Source of the DNA: Terriglobia bacterium
Lineage (GTDB): Bacteria > Acidobacteriota > Terriglobia > Acidiferrales > UBA7541
Length of the DNA stretch: 64,000 nt
Reading direction: 5' to 3'
Assembly (NCBI GenBank): GCA_963695545.1
Contig: OY968796.1
Span: 2,912,001-2,976,000, forward strand
Both the position numbers and the translations under genes were made by a program. Positions 20,093 through 30,802 of the stretch are shown here, piece after piece (position 1 is the first letter of the stretch; each line of letters starts with the position of its first letter). The notes below the pieces were generated by a model, which was not told the origin of the DNA, searched no databases, and was given only the letters and a program-made list of their open reading frames with translations.

Positions 20093-20986
20093 ATGCCGCC
20101 ACAAACGAAACCTAACATCAGTTTTCTTGGCTTGGGGATCCTTGGAACGGGCGTGGCTGAACGATTGCTCGCGCAGGGATTCGCCGTGACGGTGTGGAAT
20201 CGCTCGCCGGAGAAGGTCGAGCCGCTGATGCGCGCGGGCGCCATGCGCGCGGCGACGCCGCAAGAAGCAGCCGCGCACGCGGACGTGGTCATCACCATGG
20301 TGCTCGACGGACCGGCGGTGGAATCGCTGGCGCTCGGACCGGCGGGGATTGCGGCGTCGCTCGGCCGCGGCAAAATCCACTGCGATATGAGCACGATCGA
20401 CGCGGCCACGTCGCGCCGCTTGGCCGAGCACTATCGCGCGCTGGGCAAGGATTTCGTGAGCGCTCCTGTTTTGGGCAACCGCTTCGCGGCCGCGGCCGGG
20501 AAATTACTGATCTTCGCCGGCGGCCGGGCCGAGGCAATCGATGTTTGCGCGCCGATCTTCGCCGCGCTCGGCGAGAAATTGTGGCGCTTCGACCGGCCGG
20601 AGATCGCGGCGGCGGCCAAATTGTGCTGCAATCTGATGCTGGCGGGGATGATGGAGATTTTCGCGGAGTCGCTGCTGCTGGCGGAAAAATCCGGGATCGC
20701 GCCGAAAACGTTTCTCGATGTGCTGGGAAGCTCGAACCTGGGCGCGTTGCTGTATCAAGTGAAGGGCGACCTGATTATGCGGAAGGATTATCAGAAGACG
20801 TTCTACGCGCGGAATTTATTGAAGGATTTGAATCTCGCGCTGGACGCCGAAGGCTCGGTGGGCGCGAAATTGCCGGGCACGCGCGCGATGCGGGACATTT
20901 TCGCGGCGGCGTGCGATCAGGGTTTTGCGGAGAAGGACTACGTGGAAATCTTTGAATGGCTCGCGCTGCAATCCGGCGGCGGCTGA
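20093..20986 (+). CDS. NAD(P)-dependent beta-hydroxyacid dehydrogenase (3-hydroxyisobutyrate DH family)
   Basis: GLGILG, WNRS, DMSTI, APVLG, KLxxN, KDL motifs. Confidence 0.88.
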   Translation: MPPQTKPNISFLGLGILGTGVAERLLAQGFAVTVWNRSPEKVEPLMRAGAMRAATPQEAAAHADVVITMVLDGPAVESLALGPAGIAASLGRGKIHCDMSTIDAATSRRLAEHYRALGKDFVSAPVLGNRFAAAAGKLLIFAGGRAEAIDVCAPIFAALGEKLWRFDRPEIAAAAKLCCNLMLAGMMEIFAESLLLAEKSGIAPKTFLDVLGSSNLGALLYQVKGDLIMRKDYQKTFYARNLLKDLNLALDAEGSVGAKLPGTRAMRDIFAAACDQGFAEKDYVEIFEWLALQSGGG

Positions 20987-21014
20987 GTTGGTGGCGCGCT
21001 CCCGCGGATAAGCG

Positions 21015-21965
21015 TCAAACGTTCTTGTTCTCGGCCTTACTCTCTGCAAACAAACTTCGCAGAACAAACCAGCAATTCGCCGGCCGCTCGGCCAGGCGGC
21101 GCATGAAGTAAGGGCACCAATCGACGCCGAACGGCACGTAAATCTGAAGCGGGTGTCCGGCGGCGAGCAATTGACGCTGCAGATCGCGGCGAATGCCGTA
21201 AATCATCTGGAATTCGTAGTGCGCGCGCCGCAAATCGTGTTCATTGATCAGGTGCTGAGCATGCTCGATCATGGCCGGGTCATGCGTGCCGATCGCGGCG
21301 AAAATGCGCCTTTTGTTTTCCGGCACAAGCAGGCGGTCGAGCAGAAGGCAATAGTTCGCGTCCACCTCGCGCTTGGATTGAAAAGCGATCGCGGCGGGCT
21401 CGCGATACGCGCCTTTCACGAGGCGAATCTTCGGCGCGCTCGGCCGCAGGCGATCGACATCGGCCGCGGTTCGCCGCAGATAGGCTTGCAATGCGACGCC
21501 GGCGTTTCCGGCGCGCCGCTGCACAGCCTCGTAAATATCGAGCGTGCGATCGGTATAGGCCGAGCCTTCCATGTCGAGTTCGATCGTGCGGCCGAGGCGC
21601 TTGGCCTCTTCGGCAATTTCGATCGTGAGCGATTGGCAAAAGTCAGTGCCTAGATCCAGTCCCAATTGCGTGGGCTTCACGGAAATATTTCCCGTGAGTT
21701 GCGCTTGATCGAGCGCGCCCAGCATCTGGACGTAGCTGGACCTGGCCTGTTCGGCCTGCTCGCGCGTGCTCACGTTTTCGCCAAGATGATTCAGGCTCAC
21801 GGCGTAGCCGGCTCGGCCGAGCGGGGCGCTCGCGGCGATCACGTCGGCGAGCGTCTCGCCGGCGACGAAGCGCCGCGCGAAACCTTGTTTCATTCCGCGC
21901 CGCGCGATGGCGTCCGTCAGTTTTTTCTTCGTCGAAAGCCACAGCACGAAATCTCGCGTGAGCAT
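21015..21965 (-). CDS. Monofunctional proline dehydrogenase
   Basis: RFVAGE, DME, QAYL, RLVKGAY, THD, YVPFG...YFMRRLAERP motifs. Confidence 0.93.
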   Translation of the reverse strand: MLTRDFVLWLSTKKKLTDAIARRGMKQGFARRFVAGETLADVIAASAPLGRAGYAVSLNHLGENVSTREQAEQARSSYVQMLGALDQAQLTGNISVKPTQLGLDLGTDFCQSLTIEIAEEAKRLGRTIELDMEGSAYTDRTLDIYEAVQRRAGNAGVALQAYLRRTAADVDRLRPSAPKIRLVKGAYREPAAIAFQSKREVDANYCLLLDRLLVPENKRRIFAAIGTHDPAMIEHAQHLINEHDLRRAHYEFQMIYGIRRDLQRQLLAAGHPLQIYVPFGVDWCPYFMRRLAERPANCWFVLRSLFAESKAENKNV

Positions 21966-22190
21966 CGGATCGGCTCAATCCTATTCGGCGCGAATTACGC
22001 GTATATCGTGCACAGTCCGGAGCTCGAATGCAAAGGCCCCTTGCGAGGCGCCCGGCCTGCGGTCCGATAACGGTTACGCAAGGCCGTAGTTCCCATGCGC
22101 AACTTTCCCGCCCGAGCGGGGTTACTATGGATACGGCGCCTTAGGTATGGTGTTTGTGCGCGGGCGCCCGTCACGTCCGGGAGGTAGTAG

Positions 22191-24416
22191 ATGCGTGGAA
22201 GAGCTTTTCGCCGCCTCAGACGGCCCGCGCCGCGCAGGCAAGTCCTGACCGCATCGCTGGCACTTTCGTTCCTCGCCGGTCTCGCGTTCGTCACTCCCAT
22301 CGTATTTGCCGCGAAAAATAACGACACCGGCTCCGGCTCCGGCGCCGCCACCGAAGTGCCGGGCGCCAAGCAGAATCCCGTTCTCGCCGGTCTGCCGATC
22401 ACCGATCTCACCGAGCAGCAGGCCATTCTCCACGCCCTCGATCGGCTGAGCTATGGATTGCGGCCCGGCGATGTGGAACGCGTGGAACGCATGGGCCTCG
22501 CGAAGTGGGTCGATCAGCAGTTGCATCCGGAATCGATCGACGATTCGGCGCTGGATGCACGTCTGCAAATATTCCCGACGCTCAATGAGTCGTCCGGCAA
22601 GCTGATCGCCGATTTCCCGCGGCCGCAGGAGGCCGCCAAGCGCGAAGGAATCACCGTGGAAGAATATCGCAAGCAGCAGCAGGACGCCGCGCGCGCCGCC
22701 ATGGAGGCCGAAGTCGCGCGCGAAGGCGGAGCGCCGGCGGATTCGTCACAGGATTCGCAGTCAGCGCCCGCGGCCGCGCCGCCCGCGCAATCCGCACACG
22801 CGGACGCAACTCCTGCGGACAACACTTCCGCCGCGGCACCGAACGATTCTTCGATGCAAGCGTCCACGTCCACGGATAACGCCACGAGCGATCCATTGGA
22901 TTCATTGGCGCCGCCTTCGTCGTCGGCGCGCGCAACTTCGAGCGCGGCGTCGAATCAGACGCAGGGCGATGCTTCAAGCGATTCAGGCCAAATGTCGAAC
23001 GACACGCCAAACAATAATAACGGCGGCGAGATGGCCGGCCCACCGCGCGGCGGAAAAAACAAAGGCCAGTCCGGTCCGGGCAATCAGATGTACAACTACC
23101 AAAATATCCACACGCCGCAGCGCATCGTCGCCGAGCTGGCCATGGCCAAGGTGGATCGCGCGGTTTACAGCGAACGGCAGCTTTACGAGCAAATGGTGGA
23201 TTTCTGGTTCAACCATTTCAATATTTACGTTGCGAAGGGCCAGGACGCTTGGCTCGTGACTTCCTTCGAGCGCGACGCCATCCGCCCGCACGCCATGGGC
23301 AAGTTCCGCGATCTGCTCGAAGCCACGGCGAAAAGTCCGGCAATGCTCTTTTATCTCGACAACTGGCTGAGCGTCGATCCCGATGCGGCGAAGCGCTTGC
23401 AGGCCGAGCGCCAGGAGCGCATGCAACGATTCGGAATCGGACCCGGCGGCTTCCCGCGTTTTCCGAACGCCAATCAACAACAGCAAGCCAAGAAGCAACA
23501 GGATCGCGGCCTGAATGAAAATTATGGCCGCGAGCTGATGGAACTGCACACGCTCGGCGTCGATGGCGGTTACACGCAGCAGGACGTCACCGAAGTCGCG
23601 CGCTGTTTCACCGGCTGGACTATTTCGACGCCGCGCATCAATCCCGAATTTCAATTCAACGATCGCCTGCACGACACGAAGCCCAAGCTCGTCCTCGGTC
23701 ACAAAATCGATTACGGCGGCATCAAGGACGGCGAAGCCGTGCTGGATCTATTGGCCAGCGATCCGCACACGGCGCATCACATCTCGCTTGAGATCGCGCA
23801 GCATTTTGTCGCGGACAAGCCGCCCGACGCGCTAGTCGATCGCATGACGAAAACATATCTCTCATCCGACGGCGACATCCGCGCCGTGTTGCACACCATG
23901 ATTTACTCGCCGGAATTTTGGTCCAAGGACTCTTATCGCGCGAAGATCAAGACGCCGTTTGAGCTCGTGGTTTCCGCCGCGCGCGCCACCGGCGCCGACG
24001 CCACGATTCCGTTGCTGCTCGTGCAATGGTCGGCGCGCATCGGCGAGCCGCTCTATCAATGCCAGCCGCCGACCGGTTATTCGGATATGGCCGACGCCTG
24101 GGTGAATACCGGCGCGCTTCTGAATCGCCTGAATTATTCGCTCGCGCTCACGGGCAATCGACTGCGCGGCGTTGAGACCAACGTCGCCGCCGTCCTCGGC
24201 GACTCGGCGACGGGCAGCGATGCGCACGCCGCGCTCGATGCGGCACTCACGATTTTTCTCGGCGGGGAAGTGAGCGCCGAAACGCGCGACACGCTCGAAA
24301 AGCAGCTCGATACGCCGCAAGTGCTCGAAGCCAAACTTGACGATCCGGTGCGCGCGGTGAACGCCGACCTGATCGCCGGCCTGGTTCTCGGCTCGCCGGA
24401 ATTTCAGCGGCGATGA
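22191..24416 (+). CDS. DUF1800 family protein with a low-complexity S/A/Q insert
   Basis: FWFNHF, MLFYLDN, NENYGRELMELHTLG motifs; adjacent to DUF1501. Confidence 0.9.
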   Translation: MRGRAFRRLRRPAPRRQVLTASLALSFLAGLAFVTPIVFAAKNNDTGSGSGAATEVPGAKQNPVLAGLPITDLTEQQAILHALDRLSYGLRPGDVERVERMGLAKWVDQQLHPESIDDSALDARLQIFPTLNESSGKLIADFPRPQEAAKREGITVEEYRKQQQDAARAAMEAEVAREGGAPADSSQDSQSAPAAAPPAQSAHADATPADNTSAAAPNDSSMQASTSTDNATSDPLDSLAPPSSSARATSSAASNQTQGDASSDSGQMSNDTPNNNNGGEMAGPPRGGKNKGQSGPGNQMYNYQNIHTPQRIVAELAMAKVDRAVYSERQLYEQMVDFWFNHFNIYVAKGQDAWLVTSFERDAIRPHAMGKFRDLLEATAKSPAMLFYLDNWLSVDPDAAKRLQAERQERMQRFGIGPGGFPRFPNANQQQQAKKQQDRGLNENYGRELMELHTLGVDGGYTQQDVTEVARCFTGWTISTPRINPEFQFNDRLHDTKPKLVLGHKIDYGGIKDGEAVLDLLASDPHTAHHISLEIAQHFVADKPPDALVDRMTKTYLSSDGDIRAVLHTMIYSPEFWSKDSYRAKIKTPFELVVSAARATGADATIPLLLVQWSARIGEPLYQCQPPTGYSDMADAWVNTGALLNRLNYSLALTGNRLRGVETNVAAVLGDSATGSDAHAALDAALTIFLGGEVSAETRDTLEKQLDTPQVLEAKLDDPVRAVNADLIAGLVLGSPEFQRR

Positions 24417-24510
24417 CGACCGCGATCGCGGGAAACGGCATCTATCGATCCAGTGGGCGCGGGCCGCACTTCTCGCTCGCCGGAACAAGAAGTTTGAAAG
24501 GAACACGACC

Positions 24511-25758
24511 ATGAAAGTTTCGCGCCGGTTATTTCTGAAAAGCGGTGGCATCGCCATGATCGGCATGAGCACGCTGCCGGGATTTCTGCAGCGCGCCGTC
24601 GCGGCCACGCCGACTTCCAGCAAGAAAAAACTCGTCGTGCTGTTTCAGCGCGGCGCCGCCGACGGCCTGAACATCGTCGTGCCATTCGCCGAGCCAAATT
24701 ACTATCGCATGCGTCCGACCATCGCGATTCCCGCGCCGGGCCGCGCCGCGGATCAATCGGCGGTCGATCTCGACGGATTCTTCGGACTCCATCCGAGCAT
24801 GGCCTCGCTCGCTCCGCTGTTTCACAGCGGCTCGCTCGCCATCGTGCACGCCGCGGGCTCGCCCGATTCCAGCCGCTCGCATTTCGACGCGCAGGACTAC
24901 ATGGAATCCGGCACGCCGGGCGTGCGCGCCACAGATGACGGCTGGTTAAATCGCGCGCTCGTCGAATCGCCCGAGCCAGACGCCTCACCCTTTCGCGCCG
25001 TCGCCATGGGCGCGAACCTGCCGCTCACGCTCCGCGGCACGGCTCCCGCGATCGCGCTGCCCGATGTGAGCCAGTTCAAAGTCTTCGCGCAATCGTCCGC
25101 CGTCGAAGGCGGGTTCGAGGCGCTCTATGCGCAAACCGTTGACACCGCTCTGCGCGGCACGGGCAACGAAACTTTCGCCGCCGTAGACATGCTGCGCAAA
25201 GCCGATCCCGCGCATTTCCAGCCCGAAAACGGCGCGCAGTATCCCGCCGGACGCGTTGGCCAGACGATGTTGCAAGTCGCGCAGCTTTTGAAAGCCGACG
25301 TCGGCATGGAAGTGTCGTTCGTGGACACCGGCGGATGGGACAATCACGTGAACGAAGGCGGCGCGCAAGGTCAGCTCGCGAATCTGCTGCGCGATTTGAG
25401 CCAAAGCCTTTCGGCCTTCTCTCAGGATTTGGGCGATCGCATGGAAGACATTGTGGTCGTGACCATGTCCGAATTCGGCCGCACCGCGCATGAGAATGGC
25501 AACCGCGGCACCGATCACGGCCACGGCAATTGCATGCTGGTGATGGGCGGCCCGGTGAAAGGCGGAAAAGTTTACGGCCAATGGCCCGGCTTGAACGACG
25601 AGCAATTGAACGAGGGCCGCGATCTCACGCTGACCACCGATTTCCGCTCCGTGCTCGGCGAGCTGATCGTGAATCATCTCGGCGGCAAGGATTTGGATAC
25701 CGTTTTCCCGGGCTTCGACAATTCCGCCGCAAAATTCCGCGGCGTCCTAAAAGCCTGA
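24511..25758 (+). CDS. DUF1501 family Tat-exported protein
   Basis: SRRLFLK Tat motif; GAADGLN, RSHF.AQ, GGWD.H, SEFGR, GTDHG motifs. Confidence 0.92.
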   Translation: MKVSRRLFLKSGGIAMIGMSTLPGFLQRAVAATPTSSKKKLVVLFQRGAADGLNIVVPFAEPNYYRMRPTIAIPAPGRAADQSAVDLDGFFGLHPSMASLAPLFHSGSLAIVHAAGSPDSSRSHFDAQDYMESGTPGVRATDDGWLNRALVESPEPDASPFRAVAMGANLPLTLRGTAPAIALPDVSQFKVFAQSSAVEGGFEALYAQTVDTALRGTGNETFAAVDMLRKADPAHFQPENGAQYPAGRVGQTMLQVAQLLKADVGMEVSFVDTGGWDNHVNEGGAQGQLANLLRDLSQSLSAFSQDLGDRMEDIVVVTMSEFGRTAHENGNRGTDHGHGNCMLVMGGPVKGGKVYGQWPGLNDEQLNEGRDLTLTTDFRSVLGELIVNHLGGKDLDTVFPGFDNSAAKFRGVLKA

Positions 25759-25785
25759 GCGCTCCTGCACAGAAATTAGAAGGCG

Positions 25786-25837
25786 CAAAAAAAACCGGCG
25801 TCGCCGAACTCCATCAAGCGGAGTTCCGCGGCGCCGG
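25786..25837 (-). terminator. Intrinsic terminator between convergent DUF1501 and OmpA genes
   Basis: CCGGCGTCGCCGAACTCC...GGAGTTCCGCGGCGCCGG hairpin preceded by A8 (a U-tract on the - strand). Confidence 0.7.
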
Positions 25838-25864
25838 AATCTTTTAGCGCGACCGTTCGGCGAT

Positions 25865-27517
25865 TTATCTCTGCGGCGGCGCCGGCGTCTGCGTCGCGGC
25901 CGGCGGCGTGGTCGGCGCAGGGCTTGTGCCGATCTGCGTGCCGATCACCTCGCCGGAGATGATGATCTCCACGCGGCGATTCTGCTGACGCCCTGCTGCC
26001 GTGTCGTTGCTGGCCACCGGATTTGCTTTTCCAAATCCCGTCGCCGTCACGGAATCAGCGTCAATCCCTTGCGACACGATATAGACGCGCACTCCTTCCG
26101 CGCGCTGCTCGGAAAGAGTTTGATTGAAGGCGTCGCTGCCGATGCTATCGGTGTAGCCGTCGATCGCGAGCTTCAATCCGGGATGCCCCAGCACGATTCC
26201 CGAAAGTTTCGCCAGCGCCTCGCGCGCCTCGGGTTTCAAGTCATATTTCCCGAACGCGAAGAGCACGTCGGCCATATTTACTTTCAATCCCTGCGGCGTG
26301 TCCGTGGTCGGCAGAATCTTGTTGAATTGTTCCAACAGCATCGCGCGGAGTTGTTCTTTCTCGGCTTGCGCCTGCGCCGCCGCCTGCTGCGCCGCCTGCG
26401 CCGCGGCCGCCGATTGAGCAGCCTGAGCCTGCGCCGCCGCTGCGGCATCCTGCGCCTGCTGCGCCGCCAATCGCTGCGCCTCCGCTTGCGCCTCCGCCGC
26501 CGCTTGCGCGGCTTGTGCCTGAGCCTGTGCTGCCGCGGCCTGCGCGGCTTGCGCCTGTGCCTGCGCTTGCTGGAGTTGCGCTTGTTGCGCCGCTGCCGCC
26601 TCGGCGTCGGCCTGCGCCTTCGCAGCCGCTTCGCGCTGCGCTGCTGCGGCTTTTTCAGCCGCGTCTGCCTCGGCGATTTCGGCCTGGATGGTGAGGTGAT
26701 GCGCGTCGGCCGCGTTCTGCACGGCGTCGCGCGAATCCTGAATGATCACTTTTTTGTCGCCGTGGTGCGCTTCAAGTTGCTGCGCATTCGTCAACGAAGT
26801 CTGTGCTTTGTCGAGCGCGTCCGGCGCGTATTTTTGCGCGCCTGCGTTGACCGCAATCTGCACGGCGTTCTCCGCCTCGAAAAACTCGAGCGGCGCCTTG
26901 GAATTCATATTCGCGCTCGGCGGCGTCGCCGACGGATCGTAGCTGTACGCCCCGGCGCCCAATATTTCGTAGTTCACGGGAGCCTGCTCGATGGTTCCGG
27001 CGGTCTCCGAAGTCACCACATTTTGCAGCACGACCACGTTGCTCGGCTGCGACACCGCGAAATACGGTTCCGCCGTCACGATCAATCCAAACGTTTGCAG
27101 CGAAGTGGTCACAGTGATCTTGGTCGTGTCGCCGCTTAGCAGAATTTCGCCGAGATTGTTGGCTTTTCCTTCCGGGGTGATGGCCCAGAGCACGTACGTC
27201 AGATATTCGGGGCCGAACTTGGTGGCGGGGTCGAGTTTGCTGAATTCCGCGTCGATCTGAATTCGCCCGACCTTGCCATTCACCTTGGCGCTTCCGGTGG
27301 CCAGCGGTTCGATCGGCGAGCCTTGGAAGCCAATCTCGGTGGCGCCCATGCGGTGCTGGTAATTGATGGTGACGATGGTTGCCGGCTCCATCGTCACGCG
27401 GTAGAGCGGCTGGTTCTGCTGCGCCGCGGGAGCGGGCGCTGGCGTCTGCGCCCCGGATGCCACGGCGAACGAAACAATCACAACAAGCGCTGCGATCGTG
27501 AACGCTGTTTTTCTCAT
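25865..27517 (-). CDS. OmpA C-terminal-domain protein with A/Q-rich coiled coil (paralog 1)
   Basis: DVLFAFGK, GYTDS.G, LSEQRA, NRRVEI motifs; signal peptide. Confidence 0.9.
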   Translation of the reverse strand: MRKTAFTIAALVVIVSFAVASGAQTPAPAPAAQQNQPLYRVTMEPATIVTINYQHRMGATEIGFQGSPIEPLATGSAKVNGKVGRIQIDAEFSKLDPATKFGPEYLTYVLWAITPEGKANNLGEILLSGDTTKITVTTSLQTFGLIVTAEPYFAVSQPSNVVVLQNVVTSETAGTIEQAPVNYEILGAGAYSYDPSATPPSANMNSKAPLEFFEAENAVQIAVNAGAQKYAPDALDKAQTSLTNAQQLEAHHGDKKVIIQDSRDAVQNAADAHHLTIQAEIAEADAAEKAAAAQREAAAKAQADAEAAAAQQAQLQQAQAQAQAAQAAAAQAQAQAAQAAAEAQAEAQRLAAQQAQDAAAAAQAQAAQSAAAAQAAQQAAAQAQAEKEQLRAMLLEQFNKILPTTDTPQGLKVNMADVLFAFGKYDLKPEAREALAKLSGIVLGHPGLKLAIDGYTDSIGSDAFNQTLSEQRAEGVRVYIVSQGIDADSVTATGFGKANPVASNDTAAGRQQNRRVEIIISGEVIGTQIGTSPAPTTPPAATQTPAPPQR

Positions 27518-27820
27518 GATTCTCCTGTCGCTGAATCTCATCTCGGCGGACTGGGAGCCCTATTTGCGGCCAAAATAGTATAACGGCAAATCCCGCGCCG
27601 CGCACCAGAACAGGAATCGCCCCGCCGAACTCGGCTACCTCAATTGGATGCCGCTGATCACGGCTTTGGCAAAAGGCGCAAGCATTTCTAACTGCGAGTC
27701 GCATCCAAATGCAGATCCGGCGCGCGAACTCTTGGCGATCGAGTCCCGCGCGCCGGATTGAATCTGCGATTCGGTGCGCGCGCGGGCTCTAGCGAGAGCC
27801 CGCGGAACGCACGATGGTGG

Positions 27821-29584
27821 TTAGCGCTGCGTAGGCGGCAGCTCGGGCATGTTTTCGCCGATCTGCGTGCCGATCACCTCGCCTGAAATAATGATTTCAA
27901 CGCGGCGATTTTGTTGCCTCCCGGCGGCCGTGTCGTTGCTCGCAACCGGATCTGATTTTCCAAATCCCTGCGCCGTGGTGGACGCTGGGGCCAGACCTTG
28001 CGCCACTACATAATCGTGAACCGCGCCGGCGCGTTGATCGGATAGATTTTGATTGAATGCATCGGTCCCGACGCTGTCCGTGTAGCCGTCGATGGTGAGC
28101 TCCAATCCCGGATGACCCATCACGATACCGGTTAGTTTCGCGAGCGCCTCGCGCGCCTCGGGTTTCAAATTATATTTTCCGAACGCGAAGAGCACGTCAG
28201 CCATATTCACTTTCAAGCCTTGCGGCGTGTCCGTGGTGGGCAGAATTTTGTTGAATTGTTCGAGCAACATCGCGCGAAGCTGTCGCTTTTCTAGTTCAGA
28301 CTGCGCTGCCGCTTGCTGCGCGGCCTGTGCTTGAGCCGCCGCCTGTGCCGCCTGCGCTTGAGCCGCCGCTGCGGCATTCTGCGCATCTGTTGTGGCCTGT
28401 TGCGCAGCCTGCGCTTGTGCCGCCGCTAACGCCGCCGCTTGTGCCGCCTGAGCCTGCGCCGCCGCCGTGGCATCCTGCGCCTGCTGCGCCGCCAAACGCG
28501 ACTGGTCCGCCTGCGCTTCCGCCGTTGCTTGGCTGGCCTGCGCTTGCGCGGTGGCCGCTTGCGACTGCGCGGCATCGCGCTCGGCCTGCGTTCTTTGGAG
28601 GTCCGCCTGTTGTGCTGCCGCCGCTTCCTGCTGCTGAGCTATCGTCGCGGCGTCGGTCTTTGCTTGGGCGTCGGCCACGCGCTGCGCCGCCGCGGCTTGT
28701 TCTGCCGCCGCTTGCTCGGCAAGTTCGGCTTGAATCGTGATGTGATGCGCATCCGCCGCATTCTGCACGGCGTCGCGCGAATCTTGCACGATCACCTTTT
28801 CGTCCTGGTGCCTGGCCTCGAGATCCTGCGCGTTCGTCAGGGAATCCTGAGCCTTGGCGAGCGCGTCCGGCGCATACTGTTGCGCGCCGGCCATGATTGC
28901 GATCTGCACCGCGTTTTCGGCCTCAAAGAATTCCAGAGGCGCCTTGGAATCGGACATCGTGCTGCTCGGTGCGCTGATCGTCGCGCCCGTCGCGCTCGAA
29001 GCCTCGTAGCTGTAAACGCCGGCGCCCAGCAATTGATAGCTCACCGGCGCCTGCTCGACCGTCCCGGTAGTCTCCGCCGTCACCACGTTTTCCAGCACCA
29101 CAACGTTGCTCGGCGTGGACACCGCGAAATATGGCTCCGCCGTCACGATCAATCCGAAGGTTTGAAGGGAAGTGGTCACGCTGATCTTGGTGTTATCGCC
29201 ACTCAAGAGAATTTCGCCGAGGTTGCTTGATTTTCCTTCCGGCGTGATGGCCCACAGCACATAGGTAAGGTATTCGGCGCCAAATTTCGTGGCCGGCTCG
29301 AGTTTGCTGAATTCCGCGTTGATCTGAATTCGTCCGACCTTGCCGTTCACTTTGGCGTGTCCCGTGGCCGTCGCCAGGTAGGGCGTGCCCTGGAATCCGA
29401 TCTCCGTCGGTCCGCTATGGTGCTGGTAATTGATGGTGACGATCGTGGCGGGCTCCATCGTTTGGTAGTACTTCCAGCGATCGTACCGCGCCTCGGATTT
29501 CGACGCGGAGGTCTGCGCCTGCAATGCCGCTGCGAACGAGCAAACTACAACGAGTGTTGCGAAAGTCAGCGCTGCTTTTTTCAT
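27821..29584 (-). CDS. OmpA C-terminal-domain protein with A/Q-rich coiled coil (paralog 2)
   Basis: Same architecture with long identical stretches to paralog 1. Confidence 0.9.
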   Translation of the reverse strand: MKKAALTFATLVVVCSFAAALQAQTSASKSEARYDRWKYYQTMEPATIVTINYQHHSGPTEIGFQGTPYLATATGHAKVNGKVGRIQINAEFSKLEPATKFGAEYLTYVLWAITPEGKSSNLGEILLSGDNTKISVTTSLQTFGLIVTAEPYFAVSTPSNVVVLENVVTAETTGTVEQAPVSYQLLGAGVYSYEASSATGATISAPSSTMSDSKAPLEFFEAENAVQIAIMAGAQQYAPDALAKAQDSLTNAQDLEARHQDEKVIVQDSRDAVQNAADAHHITIQAELAEQAAAEQAAAAQRVADAQAKTDAATIAQQQEAAAAQQADLQRTQAERDAAQSQAATAQAQASQATAEAQADQSRLAAQQAQDATAAAQAQAAQAAALAAAQAQAAQQATTDAQNAAAAAQAQAAQAAAQAQAAQQAAAQSELEKRQLRAMLLEQFNKILPTTDTPQGLKVNMADVLFAFGKYNLKPEAREALAKLTGIVMGHPGLELTIDGYTDSVGTDAFNQNLSDQRAGAVHDYVVAQGLAPASTTAQGFGKSDPVASNDTAAGRQQNRRVEIIISGEVIGTQIGENMPELPPTQR

Positions 29585-29825
29585 GGTGCTCCTGTCGTTA
29601 CCGCGGAAATCTTCGGAAGTCGTCTGTAGTCGTGGTGCCTTATGGCGGGCCGTGTGGCCGACCGCAGCATCATAGGCAGACTCGCCGCCTCGCGGCTGTC
29701 ACCTTACGGACAGTATCGTTGTTCGTCGTAGTTGATTGTTCTCGAGCGTCCGCAGACCGCCCGCCAGCGCGATGTGTCCGTTACAGTACAGACACAGGAA
29801 TCGAACCCGCGCTACCGTAACCGGC

Positions 29826-30392
29826 ATGCGCGTAGAAATACCTTCGGCGTCCAAACCTCGTTCAAAGCGCGCCCGGAAAGAGAAGAGCAAGACTCAAATG
29901 GCTCCCGCACCAGGAACGAAGAAGTCTCACGATCTCCGGCCGGTTGGGATTTCCGCAAAATCGCCGTTCACCGCGTTTCGCAAGCTGTTCGAGTGCGTCA
30001 AGATCAATGATTTCGACGCCATGGCCGACACAATCGCCGATGATTGTGAGTGGGTGCTGATGTCCGACATGCGGAAATTCAAAGGCAAGCAGGAGGTCGT
30101 GGCGTTCTGCCAGGCGCGCAAGCTCGCTTGCGAGGAAGAACCCGAAATCATCTTTGATGTCGCCACCTCGGAATGGGGCGTTTTTGAATACTTGAATCGC
30201 GGCACGGTTACGGCGAATCTCTCCGCCCTGGCGGCGGCCTCCGGCTGGAAATTCCCGATGGACCCCGGCACCCACGCGGGCCGCCAATACGCGGTACGCG
30301 TCTGTTTCGTTTATCGCGTGAATCTGGAAGGGAAGATCTATATGCTCAACGAATATCTCGACCTCGCCAGCCTAATGAGTCAGTTCGCGTAG
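29826..30392 (+). CDS. NTF2/SnoaL-like domain protein (start uncertain, possibly 29898)
   Basis: D.DAM....ADDCEW, G..EV, C-terminal GKI....EYLD pattern. Confidence 0.7.
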   Translation: MRVEIPSASKPRSKRARKEKSKTQMAPAPGTKKSHDLRPVGISAKSPFTAFRKLFECVKINDFDAMADTIADDCEWVLMSDMRKFKGKQEVVAFCQARKLACEEEPEIIFDVATSEWGVFEYLNRGTVTANLSALAAASGWKFPMDPGTHAGRQYAVRVCFVYRVNLEGKIYMLNEYLDLASLMSQFA

Positions 30393-30483
30393 ATACGCAT
30401 TTCGCTGCGAGTTTCCAAACGAGTTCCGGCCGAAATAAGGACGCCTTGCCCGGATAAAGACTTGCTGTTATTCTCCAATTGAT

Positions 30484-30714
30484 ATGAGGAATTCAAGGCA
30501 GAAGTCTGCGCTCGATAAATCTGTCGCGAAGGCTGCCGCCATCATCGCCGCGCATCTCAGCACGTTGACGATGGCCGAATCGAAGGCCATGCGCCGCGAC
30601 ATTCACAAGCTGGCCGTTAAGTCTTCCCGCTCCGCAGCGCGCGGAAAAGCTTCAGGATCTCGGCGAAGCGGGGATCCTCGTCCTTTATCCCGTGCTTCCG
30701 CAAGACCTGCATAA
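30484..30714 (+). CDS. Small basic hypothetical protein (76 aa)
   Basis: TTGCCC-N17-TATTCT promoter at 30446-30474 just upstream. Confidence 0.45.
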   Translation: MRNSRQKSALDKSVAKAAAIIAAHLSTLTMAESKAMRRDIHKLAVKSSRSAARGKASGSRRSGDPRPLSRASARPA

Positions 30715-30802
30715 ATTCTCGCTCGTCGCCATATTTGAAAATCTGCTCAAGGTCACGCAATAGCGCATTCTGTTCAGCGCGAGTGTGCTTGAACTTTTCC
30801 AC
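30617..30802 (-). CDS. Small helical hypothetical protein (61 aa)
   Basis: Amphipathic, protein-like composition; extended -10 TGATATATT 6 nt before GTG. Confidence 0.55.
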   Translation of the reverse strand: MEKFKHTRAEQNALLRDLEQIFKYGDEREFMQVLRKHGIKDEDPRFAEILKLFRALRSGKT

